In this document: positions 49,335 through 58,703 of the stretch, in pieces
How positions within the stretch are numbered: position 1 is the stretch's first letter
How the letters are laid out: each line of letters starts with the position of its first letter
Source of the DNA: Myxococcota bacterium
GTDB taxonomy: Bacteria > Myxococcota_A > UBA9160 > UBA6930
Assembly: GCA_965223415.1 (NCBI GenBank)
Contig: OZ245002.1
Location: 5,280,001 to 5,344,000, forward strand
Reading direction: 5' to 3'
Length of the DNA stretch: 64,000 nucleotides
The notes under the pieces: model-generated
The model's database searches: none
What the model was told of the DNA's origin: nothing
What the model saw: the letters and a program-made list of their open reading frames with translations, nothing else
Position numbers and translations under genes: made by a program

Positions 49335-51710
49335 GTGCACGGGCTGAACGGCATCCGGGTGGTGGACCACGCGACGGCGATCGCGGGGCCCTACTGCAGC
49401 AAGCTCTTCGCCGACGCGGGCGCCGACGTGATCAAGCTCGAGGCGCCGGCCGGCGATCCGCTGCGCCGCTGGACCGCGTCGGGGACCGACCTGGGCGACG
49501 AGGACGCGGGGCTGTTCCGCTACCTGCACGCATCGAAGCGCGCCGTGCTCGGGGAGCTCGGCGCCCCCGCGTCCGCGGAGGTGGAGACGCTGGTCGCCGG
49601 CGCCGACCTGCTGATCGAAGACCTCCCGCCCGAGGCGTTCGACCGGGACGCCCTCCGCGCGCGCCACCCGCACCTCGTCCTGCTCTCGATCACGCCCTTT
49701 GGACTGACCGGCCCGATGGCGGGCCGGCCTGCCACCGACTTCACCGTCCAGGCCGAGAGCGGCTCGATCGGGGCGCGGGGCCGTCCGGGCGCCGAGCCCT
49801 ACCAGACCGGCGGGCGCGTCTCCGAGTGGGCCGGCGGCTGCTTCGCTGCCGTGGCGGCGCTGGCCGCCGTTCGGCACGCCCGCGCCACAGGCCGCGGCGA
49901 GCACATCGACTGCTCCCTCCACGCCACGACCGCCCTGGTGACGAACTGCTACGTCGACCTGATGTGGGGCATCCTCGGGCGCCCGCCGGTGATCGGCTCG
50001 CTCCCGAACATCGAGACGCCGTCGATCGAGCCGACCCGGGACGGGTTCGTCGGGTTCACGACCTACTCGGCCCAGCAGATGTCCGACTTCCTGCTGATGA
50101 TCGAGCGGACGGACCTGCGGGAGTCCGGCGACTTCGACGCCTTCGCCCAACGCCTCGGCCGCCTCGAGGAGTGGGAGGAGATCGTCCACGCCTGGACCCG
50201 CGTCCACGACACGGGCGAGATCCTCGAGCTGGCCCAGGCCCTGCGCATCCCCGTCGCGCCGATCTGCAACGGCCGGACGGTCCTGGAGCAGGAGCAGCTC
50301 CGTCGGCGGGACGTCTTCGTCGAGGACCCGTCCGGGGGCTTCCTGCGGCCGCGTCCGCCTTACCGGATCGACGGCCGCTCCGGCGGCCCGAGCGAGCCGG
50401 CGGCGGCGCCCGGCGCCCACCAGGGCCGCATCGAGCCTCCGGCGGAGCGAAGGCCCGGCGGCGGGGACGCCCGGCTTCCGCTCGAAGGCATGCGGATCCT
50501 CGACACCACCACCTGGTGGGCGGGACCGATCGCGACTCAGATGCTGGCGCTGCTCGGGGCCGACGTGATTCACGTCGAGTCCATCCAGCGAATGGACGGC
50601 GGGCGCGCCATCGGCGGCACCTTCGCGGCCCAGCACGACGACTGGTGGGAGTGCAGCTTCGTCTTCCAGTCCGCCAACGTGAACAAGCGCGGCCTCACCC
50701 TCGACCTCTCCCAGCCGCAGGGGATGGAGATCTTCGAGTCGCTCGTCGCCGGCGCGGACGCCCTGGTCGAGAACTTCAGCCCGCGGGTGATGGACGGCTT
50801 CGGGATCACTTGGGAGTGGGTGCAGGCGCGCAACCCGCGCTGCCACTACGTGCGCATGCCGGCCTTCGGGCTCGACGGACCCTGGCGGGAGTTCGTCGGC
50901 TTCGCCGCCACGATGGAGCAGATCGCCGGCCTCTCCTGGGTGACCGGCCACGTGGACGACCAGCCCCGGATCCAACGCGGCCCCTGCGACCCGATCGCGG
51001 GCATGCACGCGGCCTTCGCCCTGCTGGTGGCGATGGCCGAGCGGGACCGTGACGAGCGCGGACACTTCGTCGAGTGCGCCATGCTCGAGGCCGCCGTGAA
51101 CGTCACTGCCGAGCAGGTGATCGAGTACACCGCCTACGGACACCTGATGGAGCGCCAGGGCAACCGGAGCCCGGAGGCCGCGCCCCAGGGTCTCTTCCCC
51201 TGCATGGGCCACGACCCGGCGACCACCCCCCAGTGGCTGGCGCTCTCCGTCGCGACGGAAGCCCAGTGGGCCGCGCTCCTCGACTGGCTGGGCCACCCGG
51301 CCTGGGCCGCCGATGTGGGCAAGGACCTGCGCTCTCGCCACCTCCATCACGACGCCCTGGACGAGGGGCTGCGCGCCGTCTTCGCCGCCCGCGAGCGCGA
51401 TCCCTGCATCGCCCAGCTGCTCGAGGCCGGCGTCCCGGCGGCCCCGGTCGTGGATCCCCGCGCCCTGGCGAGCCACCCGCAGCTTCTGGCGCGCGGCTTC
51501 CACGAGACCGTGGAGCACCCGGTCGTCGGGAGCCAGGCGGTGATGGGTGCGCCCTTCCGCTTCGCCAGCGTCGAGCGCTGGCTCGAGCGGGCCGGTCCGG
51601 TTCTCGGCCAGCACAACGCGGAGATCCTGCGCGAGCTCGGCCACGGCGACGCGGCGATCCAGCAGCTCGCCGCGGCGGAGGTGATCGGCGACTGGCCCCT
51701 GGGCGTCTGA
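49335..51710 (+). CDS. Tandem double-domain family III CoA-transferase
   Basis: Two CaiB domains (LNGIRVVD..AGPYC..; PLEGMRILD..WAGP..ENFSPRVM). The catalytic Asp is evident only in the second (GPCDP). Confidence 0.9.
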   Translation: MHGLNGIRVVDHATAIAGPYCSKLFADAGADVIKLEAPAGDPLRRWTASGTDLGDEDAGLFRYLHASKRAVLGELGAPASAEVETLVAGADLLIEDLPPEAFDRDALRARHPHLVLLSITPFGLTGPMAGRPATDFTVQAESGSIGARGRPGAEPYQTGGRVSEWAGGCFAAVAALAAVRHARATGRGEHIDCSLHATTALVTNCYVDLMWGILGRPPVIGSLPNIETPSIEPTRDGFVGFTTYSAQQMSDFLLMIERTDLRESGDFDAFAQRLGRLEEWEEIVHAWTRVHDTGEILELAQALRIPVAPICNGRTVLEQEQLRRRDVFVEDPSGGFLRPRPPYRIDGRSGGPSEPAAAPGAHQGRIEPPAERRPGGGDARLPLEGMRILDTTTWWAGPIATQMLALLGADVIHVESIQRMDGGRAIGGTFAAQHDDWWECSFVFQSANVNKRGLTLDLSQPQGMEIFESLVAGADALVENFSPRVMDGFGITWEWVQARNPRCHYVRMPAFGLDGPWREFVGFAATMEQIAGLSWVTGHVDDQPRIQRGPCDPIAGMHAAFALLVAMAERDRDERGHFVECAMLEAAVNVTAEQVIEYTAYGHLMERQGNRSPEAAPQGLFPCMGHDPATTPQWLALSVATEAQWAALLDWLGHPAWAADVGKDLRSRHLHHDALDEGLRAVFAARERDPCIAQLLEAGVPAAPVVDPRALASHPQLLARGFHETVEHPVVGSQAVMGAPFRFASVERWLERAGPVLGQHNAEILRELGHGDAAIQQLAAAEVIGDWPLGV

Positions 51711-51749
51711 GCGGACGCCGGAACGATCTCACCCGAGCACGGAGACGAC

Positions 51750-52931
51750 ATGTACATCGGCTACAGCGACGAGCAGGAAGCGCTGCGCAAGGAGCTGCGC
51801 GCCTACTACGACAAGCTCCTCACACCGGAGGTCCGGGAGGAGCTGGCGGTCGAGCACGGCATCGGGCCGCGCACCAGCGCGATCCGCCGCCAGATGGCCC
51901 AGGACGGCTGGCTCTGCTTCGGCTGGCCCGAGGAGTACGGCGGCCAGGGCCGCGGCGAGATCGATCATTTCATCTTCTTCGACGAGTCGATGCGCTGCGG
52001 CGCGCCGATTCCGATGCTCTCGATCAACACGGTGGGCCCGACCCTGATGGCCTACGGCAGCGAGGCCCAGAAGCAGTTCTACCTGCCGAAGATCGCCGGC
52101 GGCGAGATCGAGTTCTGCATCGGCTACTCGGAGCCGGGCGCGGGCACCGACCTGGCCTCCCTCCAGTGCCGCGCCGAGCTCGACGGCGACAGCTACGTGA
52201 TCAACGGCCAGAAGACCTGGACCAGCCTGGCCGGCGGCGCCGACTACTGCTGGCTCGCGGTGCGCACCGACCCGGACGCCGCGAAGCACGCCGGCATCTC
52301 GATGATCATCGTCGACCTGAAGAACACCGAGGGCATCGAGATCCAACCCCTCGACCTGCTCTCGGAGCACAACATCAACCAGGTCTTCTTCGAGAACGCC
52401 CGGGTGCCCGCCGAGAACATCGTGGGCGGAGTCAACAAGGGCTGGAAGCTGATCACGAACCAGCTGAACCACGAGCGCGTCACGATCTGCTCGACGGGCA
52501 TGATCGAGCGCTGCTACGACGACGTGGTCGCCTACGCGCGCGAGACCGAGCTGCCCGGCGGCGGACGGCTCATCGACGAGGATTGGGTGCAGCTCAACCT
52601 GGCGAAGGTCTACAAGGGCCTCTCCTTCCTGCGTCTCATCAACTGGAAGGTCGCTTGGTCTGCCAGCGAGGGAGCGCTCTCCGCTGCCGACGCCTCGGCG
52701 ACGAAGGTGTTCGGCACCGAGTTCTACCTGGACGCTCTGCGCCTGTTGATGGAGGTGCTCGGCCAGCCGGGCTACCTGACCCGCGGCTCCGCCCACGCGG
52801 TCGCCCAGGGCAGCTGCGAGACCATGTACCGCGGCCTCGTGATCCTCACCTTCGGCGGCGGCACCAACGAGATCCAACGGGACCTGATCGGGCTGTTCGG
52901 CATGGGCCTGCCCCGGGTCCCCCGGCACTGA
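51750..52931 (+). CDS. Acyl-CoA dehydrogenase, FadE26/FadE29 (ChsE4/ChsE2)-like catalytic subunit
   Basis: GWPEEYGG, IGYSEPGAGTDLASL, NGQK.WTS, LITNQLNHER, KVFGTE, ILTFGGGTNEIQRD. Confidence 0.9.
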   Translation: MYIGYSDEQEALRKELRAYYDKLLTPEVREELAVEHGIGPRTSAIRRQMAQDGWLCFGWPEEYGGQGRGEIDHFIFFDESMRCGAPIPMLSINTVGPTLMAYGSEAQKQFYLPKIAGGEIEFCIGYSEPGAGTDLASLQCRAELDGDSYVINGQKTWTSLAGGADYCWLAVRTDPDAAKHAGISMIIVDLKNTEGIEIQPLDLLSEHNINQVFFENARVPAENIVGGVNKGWKLITNQLNHERVTICSTGMIERCYDDVVAYARETELPGGGRLIDEDWVQLNLAKVYKGLSFLRLINWKVAWSASEGALSAADASATKVFGTEFYLDALRLLMEVLGQPGYLTRGSAHAVAQGSCETMYRGLVILTFGGGTNEIQRDLIGLFGMGLPRVPRH

Positions 52932-52949
52932 CGGAAACGAGGAGAAGAC

Positions 52950-54071
52950 ATGGACTTCCGAACCACCGACGAGCAGGCAGCGGTCATCGAGCTCGCCCGC
53001 CAGATCCTCGAGGACCACTGCACCCAGGAGGCGCTTCGCGCGGTCGAAGGCGGGGAGGGCCCGCGCTTCGACCGGGCCCTCTGGGACAAGCTCGTGGAGG
53101 CGGGCCTGGTGGGCGCGATGGTCGCCGAGGAGCACGGCGGCGCGGGCCTGGGCTTCCTCGAGCTGGCCGGCATCCTGGAGCAGGTCGGGCGCACGGCGGC
53201 CCCGGTGCCGCTGCTCGAAGCCAGCGTGCTGGGCGCCCTGCCCCTGGCCCACTTCGGCAGCGAGGCCCAGCAGAAGGCGTGGCTTCCGCGCATCGCCCGG
53301 GGCGAAGCGGTCGTGACCAGCGCCCTCGTCGAGCGTTTCCGCGAGGTGGACGAGCCCGGCACCACCGCCCGTCCGGACGGCGAGGGCTTCGTGCTGGACG
53401 GGGAGAAGCTCTGCGTGCCGGCCGGCCAGCTGGCGGACGCGATCCTGGTCCCGGCCCGCCTCGGCGGCGACGTCGCGGTCTTCCTCGTCGAGACCTCGGC
53501 CGACGGCGTGACGCGAGAGGAGCTGAAGACGACCTCGGGCCAGCCCGAGTGCGCGCTGCTGCTGGAGGGCGCGCGGGTGCATCGGGACGCCCTCGTCGGT
53601 GGCGAGGCCCAGGGACGGGAGATCGCCCGCTGGATCAAGCTGCGGGCGACAGCGGCGCTGGCCAACGTGGCCGCCGGCGTCTGCCAGGAGGCGCTGCGGC
53701 TGACCGCCGAGTACACCAAGACGCGCAAGCAGTTCGACCAGCCCATCGCCACCTTCCAGGCGGTGGGGCAGCGGGCCGCCGACGCGTTCATCGACACGGA
53801 GGCGGTCCGCCTGACGGCGCTGCAGGCCGCGTGGCGGATCCACGAAGGCCGCAGCGCCGACGCCGAGACGGCAGTGGCCAAGGCCTGGGCCGCCGACGGT
53901 GGCGCGCGGGTGGTGCGGGCGGCCCTGCACCTCCACGGGGGTGTGGGCGTGGACCGGGAGTACCCGCTCCACCGCTACTACCTCTACGCCCGCCACATCG
54001 AGCTGACCCTCGGTGGAGAGAGCGACCAGCTGAGGCGGCTCGGCCGGCTCATCGCGGCGGACGCCGCCTAA
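52950..54071 (+). CDS. Acyl-CoA dehydrogenase, FadE27/FadE28 (ChsE5/ChsE1)-like partner subunit
   Basis: MDF.T..., FDRALW, RKQFDQPIATFQAV, HLHGGVGVDREYPLHRY. Adjacent to the FadE26-like gene. Confidence 0.88.
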   Translation: MDFRTTDEQAAVIELARQILEDHCTQEALRAVEGGEGPRFDRALWDKLVEAGLVGAMVAEEHGGAGLGFLELAGILEQVGRTAAPVPLLEASVLGALPLAHFGSEAQQKAWLPRIARGEAVVTSALVERFREVDEPGTTARPDGEGFVLDGEKLCVPAGQLADAILVPARLGGDVAVFLVETSADGVTREELKTTSGQPECALLLEGARVHRDALVGGEAQGREIARWIKLRATAALANVAAGVCQEALRLTAEYTKTRKQFDQPIATFQAVGQRAADAFIDTEAVRLTALQAAWRIHEGRSADAETAVAKAWAADGGARVVRAALHLHGGVGVDREYPLHRYYLYARHIELTLGGESDQLRRLGRLIAADAA

Positions 54072-56299
54072 CGACCGGCCCCGTCCATCCTTGCGACCCT
54101 CCGGACTGCCTCGACGTGCACGGGAATCGAGCTCATGCGCGGGATGCCGGTGTACGGCTCCTCGTAGTCGAACTCGCCACTCGCGAGCGCCCCGGTGTGG
54201 TTGCCCATCGACCAGGGTTGCGGAACGCCCGGGTCGGCGCCGGCGTCGAGCGTACCCGGATCGAGCCCGTAGCCGTGGCTCATGGAGACGACGCCCCGCC
54301 GCAGGTCCGCCGCCTCCGCGACCACCGCGTGGACCGTGGCGCGACGGGACGTGATGGCCACCAGCATGCCGGCCTCGAGCCCGAGCGGCGCCATGTCCTC
54401 CGGGTGCATGTAGGCGGGGTGGTGCGGCCGCTGACGGACGATGTAGGGTTGATCGCGGCTGAGTGAGTTCAACGTGTTCCGCAGGCGGCGGCTCACGAGC
54501 CGGAACGGAAAGGCCTCGTCGCCGTCGAGGGCGCCCTGCTCCGCCGCGTCGTCGAGCTGCCCCATCATCACCTCGTTGCCGAGCTCGAGGAACGCGTCGC
54601 ACGCGGGATCCCGGGGCAGCACCACCGCGTCCGGATCCTCGTAGACCCGACCGGCGTGGTGCTTGCGCACCTCCGAGAGGGGGATCCGGGAGCCCTCGGT
54701 GAGGAGGTCGAAGAGCTCGTCCGCCGTCGGCGCGTTCTCCATGTCGAGGGGCACGAAGCGACCCGGCGGGTCTCCGGGCGCGCGCAGGATGCCGAGGTAG
54801 AGCTGCAGCGGGAGCTCCATCGCCCGGCCGAGCTGGTAGAAGAGCTCCCAGTCTTCGAGCAGGTCCGAGCCCGCCGGCGGGTCGACCAGGGCCTCCCGGT
54901 AGGCCGCGTAGGGCAGCGGGTATCCCCATCCGTGGGAATGGGTCTCGAGCTCCTCGAAGTCGTAGGTCATCACCGGGATCTCCGGCGGAAGCTTGGGCGG
55001 GACGACGTAGTGGGCGTAGCGCGCGGTCTGGGTGAGCTTCGGGTCCATCACCACCAGCAGGTCGAGCTTCCCCAGGGCCTGGCGGGTCTTGATCTGGTCC
55101 GGCCAGGCTGCGAAGGGGTTGCCGCCCAGGCAGAAGAGCGCGCGAATCTGTCCCTCCCCCTCCAGCAGGATCTCGTCGGCCAGGGCGGAGGTCGGAAGGC
55201 CGCAGGCCGTGTTCGTGAGGCCGCGAACCCGGAGCTTCGGCGGGAAGCCCCAGGCCGGCGTCGGCGCGAGGGGCTGGGCCCGGCGCGGGCCACGGGGCAC
55301 GAGCACGCTCGGGTTGGCGACCGGGTCTCCGGCCCGGGCGTGGAAGCCGCACAGCGTCACCAGGCAGGCGAGCAGGTACTCGGCCAGCGTGCCGCGCGGA
55401 GACATGTTCGAGCCGGTTCCCGCGCTGGCACCGCCCGTCGCGCAGGAGGCGAAGAGCCGCGTCGCCTCCTCGAGCTCGCGAGCCGCGATTCCCGCCCTGC
55501 GCTCGACGAGCTCCGGCGTGAAGGGCGCGACGTGATCCCGCAGCACCTCGAGGTGGCGGGCGTTGCCCGCCACGAACTTCTCGTCGTAGAGCCCCTCCTC
55601 GAGGACGATGCGGATCATCCCGGCCAGGATCGCCGCGTCCTCGCCGGGAACCGGCTGCAGGTGGATCCGGGCCTTCCTCGCCGTCTCGCTGCGGCGGGGG
55701 TCGATCACGATCAGCTGGATACCGCGTTTCAGGGCACGGTGGAGGTGCCAGTTGGGGTTCACGGTCGGAACGCCGCCGAGCCCCGAGACCGCGGGGTTGG
55801 TGCCGATGAAGAGCCAGGTCTCCGCCGTGCCGAAGGGGATCCCGCCGCCCTGCCAGCGGCCGTGGAGGGCCCGCGCGAGCATCTTCCCGGGCTGGTCGAT
55901 CGAGCCGCAGCTGAAGGTCATGGGCGAGCCGAGGGCGTTCATGAACGCGCCGGAGAGCATGCTCGCCGGCGGCGCCAGGGCGTAGGTCCCGTTGTAAAGC
56001 GCGACCGATGCCGGACCGTGCTCGTCCACGATCGCGCCCAGGCGAGCCGCGATCTCGGAGATCGCAGCCGCGCTGGAGACCGGCTCGTGCTCCCCGTCGC
56101 TCGTCCTCCGCAGTGGGCGGAGGAGCCGACCCGGACCGTAGAGCTGGGTCGCGATGTCCCGACCCCGCGCACAGGTGTAGCCGTGGGACGCCGGGTCGTC
56201 CTTGTCCCCGAAGAGACGGGTGACGCGGCCGTCCTCGATGTCCATGAAGACGCCGCAGGAGACCATGCAGCTCCGACAGGTGGCGCGCACGCGGGTCAC
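54068..56299 (-). CDS. Molybdopterin (bis-MGD, DMSO reductase superfamily) oxidoreductase, cytoplasmic
   Basis: N-terminal CxxCxxxC...C (CRSCMVSC...CARG), IGTNP, IDPRRSETA, GGNP, C-terminal LVSRR..N / MHPED binding domain. No Tat signal seen. GTG start at 56299. Confidence 0.9.
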   Translation of the reverse strand: MTRVRATCRSCMVSCGVFMDIEDGRVTRLFGDKDDPASHGYTCARGRDIATQLYGPGRLLRPLRRTSDGEHEPVSSAAAISEIAARLGAIVDEHGPASVALYNGTYALAPPASMLSGAFMNALGSPMTFSCGSIDQPGKMLARALHGRWQGGGIPFGTAETWLFIGTNPAVSGLGGVPTVNPNWHLHRALKRGIQLIVIDPRRSETARKARIHLQPVPGEDAAILAGMIRIVLEEGLYDEKFVAGNARHLEVLRDHVAPFTPELVERRAGIAARELEEATRLFASCATGGASAGTGSNMSPRGTLAEYLLACLVTLCGFHARAGDPVANPSVLVPRGPRRAQPLAPTPAWGFPPKLRVRGLTNTACGLPTSALADEILLEGEGQIRALFCLGGNPFAAWPDQIKTRQALGKLDLLVVMDPKLTQTARYAHYVVPPKLPPEIPVMTYDFEELETHSHGWGYPLPYAAYREALVDPPAGSDLLEDWELFYQLGRAMELPLQLYLGILRAPGDPPGRFVPLDMENAPTADELFDLLTEGSRIPLSEVRKHHAGRVYEDPDAVVLPRDPACDAFLELGNEVMMGQLDDAAEQGALDGDEAFPFRLVSRRLRNTLNSLSRDQPYIVRQRPHHPAYMHPEDMAPLGLEAGMLVAITSRRATVHAVVAEAADLRRGVVSMSHGYGLDPGTLDAGADPGVPQPWSMGNHTGALASGEFDYEEPYTGIPRMSSIPVHVEAVRRVARMDGAGR

Positions 56300-57372
56300 G
56301 GGCGGGCAACCTCGTGGGTGCCCATGCAGCCGGTGATCATGGGCAGGTCGAGGTAGGTCTTGATGCCGGGCTCGGCGGCCTCGCACACCAGCGGAACGGC
56401 GTTGACGATGTGGAAGGCGGTCGTGCTCAGGCCCTGGGCGACCCGCTCGTCCTGGCTCGAGGTCGGCGGGAAGTCCACGTCGACGTTGAGGTTCACGTCG
56501 CCCTCCAGGCTGATCCGCCAGCCGGATTCGCGCGGGATGTCCATCTTCGACTCGAGCTTGGCCTGGTCGGTCCCGCCCACGAACCAGATCTGCTCCTGGA
56601 CGATTTCGGTGCCTTCCCGGGTGATCCCGATGTGCTGGTAGTGGTTCAGCGCGATCGTTCCCTTCTCGATCACGCCGACAGCCGTGTCGATCGGCTCCCT
56701 GGCGAGGATGAACGCGTGCTTCGCGTCGTAGTCCACCACCTCGCTGCCCAGACCGGCGGCGATCATGTCGATCGGCTCGTTCCAGCTCTTCCGGAGCATC
56801 CCCTTCAGGGGGTTGCCCCGAGCGGCGTCGGGCGTCTTGCCGAGGTTCATCAGCTCGCGCATCACCCCCGCGGAGCTGTAGGTCGTGCAGTCGCCGCACT
56901 CGGTCATCTTGATGCGGTCGATCCGGTTACACCAGCCGCTGAAGGTGAGGGGGAAGCGCTCGGCGATGCCCCCCGGGTTGCAGCCCGAGGCGTGGAAGTT
57001 CCTGCCCCCGCGCCTACAGGCGGCGCCGATCTCCCCGGCCACGTCCGGGTTCTGGACGAAGGGGAACCAGTAGGGACAGGGCGTCACCACGTGGCGGCCC
57101 GATTCGAGGAGCCGGCAGATCTCGGCCGTGTCCCAGGGCAGCGGGCAGTAGAGCACGCAATCTGCTTGGGTCGCCATGATCGCATCGACATCCCGGGTCG
57201 CGACGACGCCCGTCTCGCCCTGCCCGATGAGCTCGCCAGCGTCGCGTCCATCCTTGTCTTCGCTGTAGACCTTCACGCCCGCGAGCTCGAGCCGCGGATG
57301 CCGCAGGATGCCCTTCAGCGCGGAGCTGCCCACCACGCCCGTCGCCCACTGGATCACCTTGTACGTCTTCAT
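56296..57372 (-). CDS. DapB-like NAD(P)-dependent reductase (diaminopentanoate/amine dehydrogenase-like family)
   Basis: VIQWATGVVG, K.GRDAGEL, GCNPG, VNAVP.VC.A.PGI.TYLDLP. GGAGGAG SD. Confidence 0.82.
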   Translation of the reverse strand: MKTYKVIQWATGVVGSSALKGILRHPRLELAGVKVYSEDKDGRDAGELIGQGETGVVATRDVDAIMATQADCVLYCPLPWDTAEICRLLESGRHVVTPCPYWFPFVQNPDVAGEIGAACRRGGRNFHASGCNPGGIAERFPLTFSGWCNRIDRIKMTECGDCTTYSSAGVMRELMNLGKTPDAARGNPLKGMLRKSWNEPIDMIAAGLGSEVVDYDAKHAFILAREPIDTAVGVIEKGTIALNHYQHIGITREGTEIVQEQIWFVGGTDQAKLESKMDIPRESGWRISLEGDVNLNVDVDFPPTSSQDERVAQGLSTTAFHIVNAVPLVCEAAEPGIKTYLDLPMITGCMGTHEVARP

Positions 57373-57455
57373 CCGCTCCTCCGGGTACGGGCAGCGACGA
57401 TACCTCGGCCGGCGAACGCGTCGAATCGAATCAGCGTGTCCGCTAGGTTGCCGGG

Positions 57456-58640
57456 ATGAGCGACGACCCGTCGGGAAGGCTCGCCCGCCTCCGCTACCCG
57501 GGCGGCATCGATGCCGACGGCCACGTCCTCGAGCCGCCGGATCTCTGGGAGCGCTACCTGGAGCCGAAGTACCGAGACCGCGCACTGCGCATCCGCAAGG
57601 ACCCGACCGACGGCCTCGAGTTCCTGGAGATCGACGGCCGCCCCTCGAAGCTGATCCGTCGGGGCATGCCGGCGGGCCTCGGCTTGATGGATCGGGTCGG
57701 GGGCATCGTCTACGAGCGCGAGCCCAGCGGCACGGCCTACGTGGACATGGCGCCTCTCGGTGCCATGGATGCGGCCGAGCGGGTCGAGCGGCTCGACCTC
57801 GAGAACCTGGAGCGCGTGCTGCTGTACCCGACCCTGTGCGCCATGTGGATCGCCGAGTGCGAGGACGAGGAGCTGACCCAGGCCTACCTGCGCGCCTATA
57901 ACCGCTTCATCCTCGACTTCTGCGCCGACAGCGGAGGGCGCCTCGTCCCGATCGCCTCCCTCTCCCTCGGCGATCCAGCGGCGGCGGAGCGGGAGGTCGT
58001 CGCGATGGCGGAGGCCGGCGCAGCCGGCGTGTGGGTGCCGACCTTCAGCCACACCCGGCTTCCCACCGCCCATCCCGACCACCACCGGGTCTTCGAGGCG
58101 GCGGCGGAGGCGGGCCTTCCCGTCGGCATCCATCCCTGCCTCGAGCCGAAGTGGACGGCACCGGGGCGCTTCGGGGCGATGACGAGCAACCGCTACGCGT
58201 TCTTCCTGAACGTGACCGCGGGCGACTCGGTCCGCCACGCCTTCACGAGCTTCTTCGAGTTCGGGGTGCTGGAGAAGCTCCCCGCCCTGAAGCTCGTGGT
58301 GCTCGAGTGCGGGGCGAGCTGGATCGGCTACTGGCTCGATCGCATGGACACCACCTGGGCCTCGCCCCAGGGTGTCGCCGTGCGCCAGGTGCTCCCGGAG
58401 CAGCCCAGTGCCTACTTCGCGCGCCAGTGCTGGATCTCCGCGGACCCGGACGAGCGCTCGCTGCCCGGCGTGATGGAGGTGGTGGGCGAGGATCGTTTCT
58501 TCTGGGCCTCGGATTTCCCGCACCCGGACCATCCGCCCGAGTACATCCCGAACCTCGAGCAGCGCGTGGCGCAGATGGACTCCACCACACGCGGGAAGCT
58601 CCTGGGCGACAACGTGCGCCGGGCCTACGGCCTGGGCTGA
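57456..58640 (+). CDS. Amidohydrolase_2 family protein
   Basis: IDADGHVLEP, LYPT, YNR, GIH, LECG.SW, WASDFPHPD. Confidence 0.9.
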   Translation: MSDDPSGRLARLRYPGGIDADGHVLEPPDLWERYLEPKYRDRALRIRKDPTDGLEFLEIDGRPSKLIRRGMPAGLGLMDRVGGIVYEREPSGTAYVDMAPLGAMDAAERVERLDLENLERVLLYPTLCAMWIAECEDEELTQAYLRAYNRFILDFCADSGGRLVPIASLSLGDPAAAEREVVAMAEAGAAGVWVPTFSHTRLPTAHPDHHRVFEAAAEAGLPVGIHPCLEPKWTAPGRFGAMTSNRYAFFLNVTAGDSVRHAFTSFFEFGVLEKLPALKLVVLECGASWIGYWLDRMDTTWASPQGVAVRQVLPEQPSAYFARQCWISADPDERSLPGVMEVVGEDRFFWASDFPHPDHPPEYIPNLEQRVAQMDSTTRGKLLGDNVRRAYGLG

Positions 58641-58703
58641 GCGCGGAGGAGGAGGGATGCCGGTCGGAAGCGTCGGGGACGAACGCGAAAGGAGCCGCTC
58701 AGC

